Origin: a virus
Taxonomy: Duplodnaviria > Heunggongvirae > Uroviricota > Caudoviricetes
Reading direction: 5' to 3' (one strand)
Virus record (IMG/VR): IMGVR_UViG_3300045988_117647
Location: 1 to 21,959 of that record
Length of the DNA: 21,959 bases
Shown here: positions 18,488 to 21,959 of the stretch, one piece after another
Position numbering within the stretch: the first letter of the stretch is position 1
How the letters are laid out: each line of letters opens with the position of its first letter
Translations under genes and position numbers: made by a program
Notes under the pieces: generated by a model
The model's input: only the letters and a program-made list of their open reading frames with translations
Told to the model about the DNA's origin: nothing
The model's database searches: none

Positions 18488-18515
18488 ACAGGCGGGCGAA
18501 TTGCCCGCCTTTTCT
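18488..18515 (+). terminator. Rho-independent terminator (GGCGGGC-GAAT-TGCCCGCC followed by TTTTCTTTATC), plus-strand orientation
   Basis: Hairpin and T-run read directly; lies about 320 nt after the 161-aa gene and about 100 nt before FI. Confidence 0.6.
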
Positions 18516-18613
18516 TTATCTGTTGTTTCATCCACTGACCAGTCAGGTCAAATAGCGTCTCATGCTCTGCACAACAGAAAATAGCTGCACCCATTAACCA
18601 CGGAGTTAAACGG

Positions 18614-19804
18614 ATGAGTGACTATCATCACGGCGTGCAGGTGCTGGAAATTAACGACGGCACCCGTGTCATTTCCACCGTATCCACTGCCATTGTCGGC
18701 ATGGTCTGCACGGCCAGCGATGCGGATGCGGAAACCTTCCCCCTCAATAAACCTGTGCTGATTACCAATGTGCAGAGCGCAATTGCAAAGGCCGGTAAAA
18801 AAGGCTCGCTGGCGGCATCGTTGCAGGCCATCGCCGACCAGTCAAAACCGGTCACCGTTGTCGTGCGTGTGGAAGACGGCACCGGCGACGACGAAGAAAC
18901 GAAACTTGCGCAGACCGTTTCCAATATTATCGGCACCACCGACGAAAACGGTCAGTACACCGGACTGAAAGCCCTGCTGGCGGCGGAATCGGTAACCGGT
19001 GTTAAACCGCGTATTCTCGGTGTGCCGGGGCTGGATACCAAAGAGGTGGCTGTTGCACTGGCATCAGTCTGTCAGAAGCTGCGCGCTTTCGGGTATATCA
19101 GCGCATGGGGCTGTAAGACCATTTCCGAGGTGAAAGCTTACCGCCAGAATTTCAGCCAGCGTGAGCTGATGGTCATCTGGCCGGATTTCCTCGCATGGGA
19201 TACGGTCACCAGTACCACCGCCACCGCGTATGCCACTGCCCGTGCACTGGGCCTGCGCGCTAAAATCGACCAGGAGCAGGGCTGGCATAAAACGCTGTCC
19301 AATGTCGGGGTGAACGGTGTTACCGGCATCAGCGCATCTGTATTCTGGGATTTGCAGGAGTCCGGCACCGATGCTGACCTGCTGAACGAGTCAGGTGTCA
19401 CAACGCTGATTCGCCGTGACGGTTTCCGCTTCTGGGGTAACCGTACCTGCTCTGATGACCCGCTGTTCCTCTTTGAAAACTACACCCGCACCGCGCAGGT
19501 GCTGGCCGACACGATGGCTGAGGCGCACATGTGGGCGGTGGACAAGCCCATCACCGCAACGCTGATTCGCGACATCGTTGACGGCATCAATGCCAAATTC
19601 CGTGAGCTGAAAACAAACGGCTATATCGTGGATGCGACCTGCTGGTTCAGCGAAGAATCCAACGATGCGGAAACCCTCAAGGCCGGAAAATTGTATATCG
19701 ACTACGACTATACACCGGTGCCTCCTCTCGAAAACCTGACCCTGCGCCAGCGTATTACCGATAAATACCTGGCAAATCTGGTCACCTCGGTTAACAGCAA
19801 TTAA
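18614..19804 (+). CDS. FI: Contractile tail sheath protein (P2 FI-like), 396 aa
   Basis: Length and synteny with P2 FI; GGAG RBS. Confidence 0.9.
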   Translation: MSDYHHGVQVLEINDGTRVISTVSTAIVGMVCTASDADAETFPLNKPVLITNVQSAIAKAGKKGSLAASLQAIADQSKPVTVVVRVEDGTGDDEETKLAQTVSNIIGTTDENGQYTGLKALLAAESVTGVKPRILGVPGLDTKEVAVALASVCQKLRAFGYISAWGCKTISEVKAYRQNFSQRELMVIWPDFLAWDTVTSTTATAYATARALGLRAKIDQEQGWHKTLSNVGVNGVTGISASVFWDLQESGTDADLLNESGVTTLIRRDGFRFWGNRTCSDDPLFLFENYTRTAQVLADTMAEAHMWAVDKPITATLIRDIVDGINAKFRELKTNGYIVDATCWFSEESNDAETLKAGKLYIDYDYTPVPPLENLTLRQRITDKYLANLVTSVNSN

Positions 19805-19816
19805 GGAGCCTGACCG

Positions 19817-20335
19817 ATGGCAATGCCGCGCAAACTCAAGTTAATGAACGTCTTTCTGAACGGCTACAGCTATCAGGGCGTTGCAAAGTCCGTCACGCTG
19901 CCAAAACTGACCCGTAAGCTCGAAAACTATCGCGGTGCGGGGATGAACGGCAGCGCACCGGTAGACCTCGGCCTTGATGACGATGCGCTGTCAATGGAGT
20001 GGTCGCTCGGGGGCTTCCCGGATTCGGTTATCTGGGAACTTTACGCCGCAACCGGTGTGGATGCCGTACCGATTCGTTTTGCAGGCTCTTACCAGCGCGA
20101 CGATACCGGCGAAACGGTGGCCGTCGAGGTGGTCATGCGTGGACGTCAGAAAGAAATCGACACCGGCGAGGGCAAACAGGGAGAAGACACCGAGTCGAAA
20201 ATCTCCGTGGTCTGCACCTATTTCCGGCTGACGATGGACGGTAAGGAGCTGGTCGAAATCGACACCATCAACATGATTGAGAAGGTGAACGGCGTCGACC
20301 GGCTGGAGCAACACCGCCGCAATATCGGCCTGTGA
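19817..20335 (+). CDS. FII: Tail tube protein (P2 FII-like), 172 aa
   Basis: Length and synteny with P2 FII; AGGAG RBS. Confidence 0.9.
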   Translation: MAMPRKLKLMNVFLNGYSYQGVAKSVTLPKLTRKLENYRGAGMNGSAPVDLGLDDDALSMEWSLGGFPDSVIWELYAATGVDAVPIRFAGSYQRDDTGETVAVEVVMRGRQKEIDTGEGKQGEDTESKISVVCTYFRLTMDGKELVEIDTINMIEKVNGVDRLEQHRRNIGL

Positions 20336-20342
20336 TTTTCAT

Positions 20343-20363
20343 CCGGTCAGCCTGGCTGACCGG
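20343..20363 (+). other. Palindromic hairpin CCGGTCAGCC-T-GGCTGACCGG between FII and E
   Basis: Perfect palindrome read directly; no clear T-run, so possibly an RNA processing or attenuation structure rather than a full terminator. Confidence 0.3.
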
Positions 20364-20391
20364 TTAACCCCGATTCAGAAGTGAGAAAACC

Positions 20392-20667
20392 ATGAACAAA
20401 GAAAATGTCATTACCCTGGACAATCCGGTCAAACGTGGTGAGCAGGTTATCGAACAGGTCACGCTGATGAAACCCAATGCCGGGACGCTGCGCGGTGTCA
20501 GTCTGGCAGCGGTCGCGAACTCCGAAGTCGATGCACTGATTAAGGTGCTGCCGCGCATGACGGCACCGATGCTGACCGAGCAGGAAGTCGCCGCGCTGGA
20601 ACTGCCTGACCTTGTGGCGCTGGCCGGTAAGGTGGTCGGTTTTTTGTCGCCGAACTCGGTGCAGTGA
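20392..20667 (+). CDS. E: Tail assembly chaperone E (P2 gpE-like), 91 aa
   Basis: Length and synteny with P2 E; ends just after a T6G slippery run. Confidence 0.8.
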   Translation: MNKENVITLDNPVKRGEQVIEQVTLMKPNAGTLRGVSLAAVANSEVDALIKVLPRMTAPMLTEQEVAALELPDLVALAGKVVGFLSPNSVQ

Positions 20668-20819
20668 CGTTTCCGAAAAATCTCTCGGTCGATGACCTGA
20701 TGGCGGATGTGGCAGTGATATTTCACTGGCCGCCATCAGAACTGTATCCCATGAGCCTGACCGAACTCATCACATGGCGCGAAAAGGCGCTCCGGCGAAG
20801 CGGAAACACGAATGAGTAA
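20392..20819 (+). CDS. E+E': E+E' frameshift-extended tail chaperone, made by a -1 shift at 20640-20646 and ending at TAA 20817-20819
   Basis: The -1 frame is open from the slippery site to 20819, where it overlaps the T start. The P2 E/E' frameshift is established; its presence here is inferred from the sequence. Confidence 0.65.
20640..20646 (+). promoter_or_regulatory. Slippery heptamer T-TTT-TTG for programmed -1 translational frameshifting (E to E+E')
   Basis: Heptamer in the correct phase relative to the E frame (codons GGT TTT TTG), 20 nt before the E stop. Confidence 0.65.
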
Positions 20820-21959
20820 CAATGTAAAATTACAGGTATTGCTCAGGGCTGTTGACCAGGCATCCCGCCCGTTTAAATCCATCCGCACAGCGAGTAAGTC
20901 GCTGTCGGGGGATATCCGGGAAACACAAAAATCACTGCGCGAGCTGAACGGTCACGCATCCCGTATTGAGGGATTCCGCAAGACCAGTGCACAGCTCGCC
21001 GTGACTGGTCATGCACTTGAAAAGGCTCGGCAGGAGGCCGAAGCCCTTGCCACACAGTTTAAAAATACCGAACGTCCGACACGTGCTCAGGCGAAAGTGC
21101 TGGAATCCGCAAAGCGTGCGGCGGAGGACTTACAGGCGAAATATAACCGCCTGACGGATTCCGTTAAACGCCAGCAGCGGGAACTGGCCGCTGTGGGAAT
21201 TAATACCCGCAATCTTGCACATGATGAGCAGGGACTGAAAAACCGTATCAGTGAAACCACCGCACAGCTTAACCGTCAGCGTGACGCACTGGCGCGTGTC
21301 AGTGCACAACAGGCAAAACTTAACGCAGTAAAACAGCGTTATCAGGCCGGAAAGGAACTGGCCGGAAATATGGCCTCAGTGGGCGCTGCCGGTGTGGGGA
21401 TTGCGGCGGCGGGAACGATGGCCGGAGTTAAGTTGCTGATGCCCGGTTATGAGTTTGCGCAGAAAAACTCAGAATTGCAGGCCGTGCTCGGAGTGGCAAA
21501 AGACTCCGCCGAAATGACCGCACTACGCAAACAGGCGCGCCAGCTCGGCGACAATACCGCCGCCTCGGCGGATGATGCGGCCGGTGCACAGATAATCATC
21601 GCGAAAGCGGGTGGGGATGTTGATGCCATTCAGGCGGCAACGCCGGTCACGCTGAATATGGCGCTGGCGAACCGTCGCACGATGGAAGAAAACGCCGCCC
21701 TGTTGATGGGGATGAAATCCGCCTTTCAGCTTTCAAACGATAAGGTCGCTCATATCGGGGATGTTCTCTCCATGACGATGAACAAAACCGCCGCCGATTT
21801 TGACGGCATGAGCGATGCGCTGACCTATGCCGCACCTGTGGCAAAAAATGCCGGTGTCAGCATTGAAGAAACCGCCGCAATGGTCGGGGCGCTGCATGAT
21901 GCAAAAATCACAGGCTGGACAATGGTTGGCTATCCAGATTCAGATACTATAGTTAGTAA
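20812..21959 (+). CDS. T: Tail tape measure protein (P2 gpT-like), 5' partial; the frame is still open at the window end
   Basis: ATG at 20812 (MSNNVKLQVLLRAVDQ...) overlapping the E' stop; Ala/Gln-rich coiled-coil-like sequence typical of tape measure proteins; no stop in frame through 21959. Confidence 0.85.
   Translation, partial: MSNNVKLQVLLRAVDQASRPFKSIRTASKSLSGDIRETQKSLRELNGHASRIEGFRKTSAQLAVTGHALEKARQEAEALATQFKNTERPTRAQAKVLESAKRAAEDLQAKYNRLTDSVKRQQRELAAVGINTRNLAHDEQGLKNRISETTAQLNRQRDALARVSAQQAKLNAVKQRYQAGKELAGNMASVGAAGVGIAAAGTMAGVKLLMPGYEFAQKNSELQAVLGVAKDSAEMTALRKQARQLGDNTAASADDAAGAQIIIAKAGGDVDAIQAATPVTLNMALANRRTMEENAALLMGMKSAFQLSNDKVAHIGDVLSMTMNKTAADFDGMSDALTYAAPVAKNAGVSIEETAAMVGALHDAKITGWTMVGYPDSDTIVS

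Noticed and set aside
19991-20736. Antisense and alternative-frame ORFs across FII and E (19991-20314-, 20347-20736-, 20364-20726-)
   Set aside because: Nested in conserved tail genes; GC-rich frame artefacts.
1-21959. Search for integrase, attachment sites, tRNA genes or the lysogeny region
   Set aside because: None present; the window covers only the late region plus cargo. By P2 synteny the immunity and integration genes would lie beyond both ends of the window.

Overview
This window is the late (structural and lysis) region of a P2-like (Peduovirus-type) prophage in an enterobacterial genome, read entirely by eye from the sequence and the ORF track. Gene order and product lengths match phage P2 as I recall them: cos, Q and P on the minus strand, then O-N-M-L-X, the lysis cassette Y-K-lysA-lysB-lysC, tail and baseplate genes R-S-V-W-J-I-H-G, and FI-FII-E-E'-T, with T running off the window end. 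Two AT-rich cargo islands sit at the two classic P2 variable loci and are the main candidates for an undescribed system. Island 1 (55-2226, just before cos, the old/tin position) carries a 611-aa ORF with no recognisable NTPase motif and a C-terminal R-x4-H-G motif, abutted upstream by the last 54 bp of an IS1 element. Island 2 (16486-18613, between G and FI, the Z/fun position) carries a DUF2971-like gene broken by two compensating frameshifts, a 161-aa protein with a Cys-His-Asp arrangement reminiscent of transglutaminase/papain-like enzymes, and an orphan intrinsic terminator. Other notable points are an exact P2-type cos sequence, a T6G slippery site for the E/E' frameshift, a tail-fibre gene H with three tandem 132-bp repeats and a divergent AT-rich 3' part, and an abrupt composition change in the last ~45 bp inside T. 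No tRNA, rRNA, CRISPR array or integrase is visible. Functional calls for cargo genes are inference from motifs; no database search was possible.
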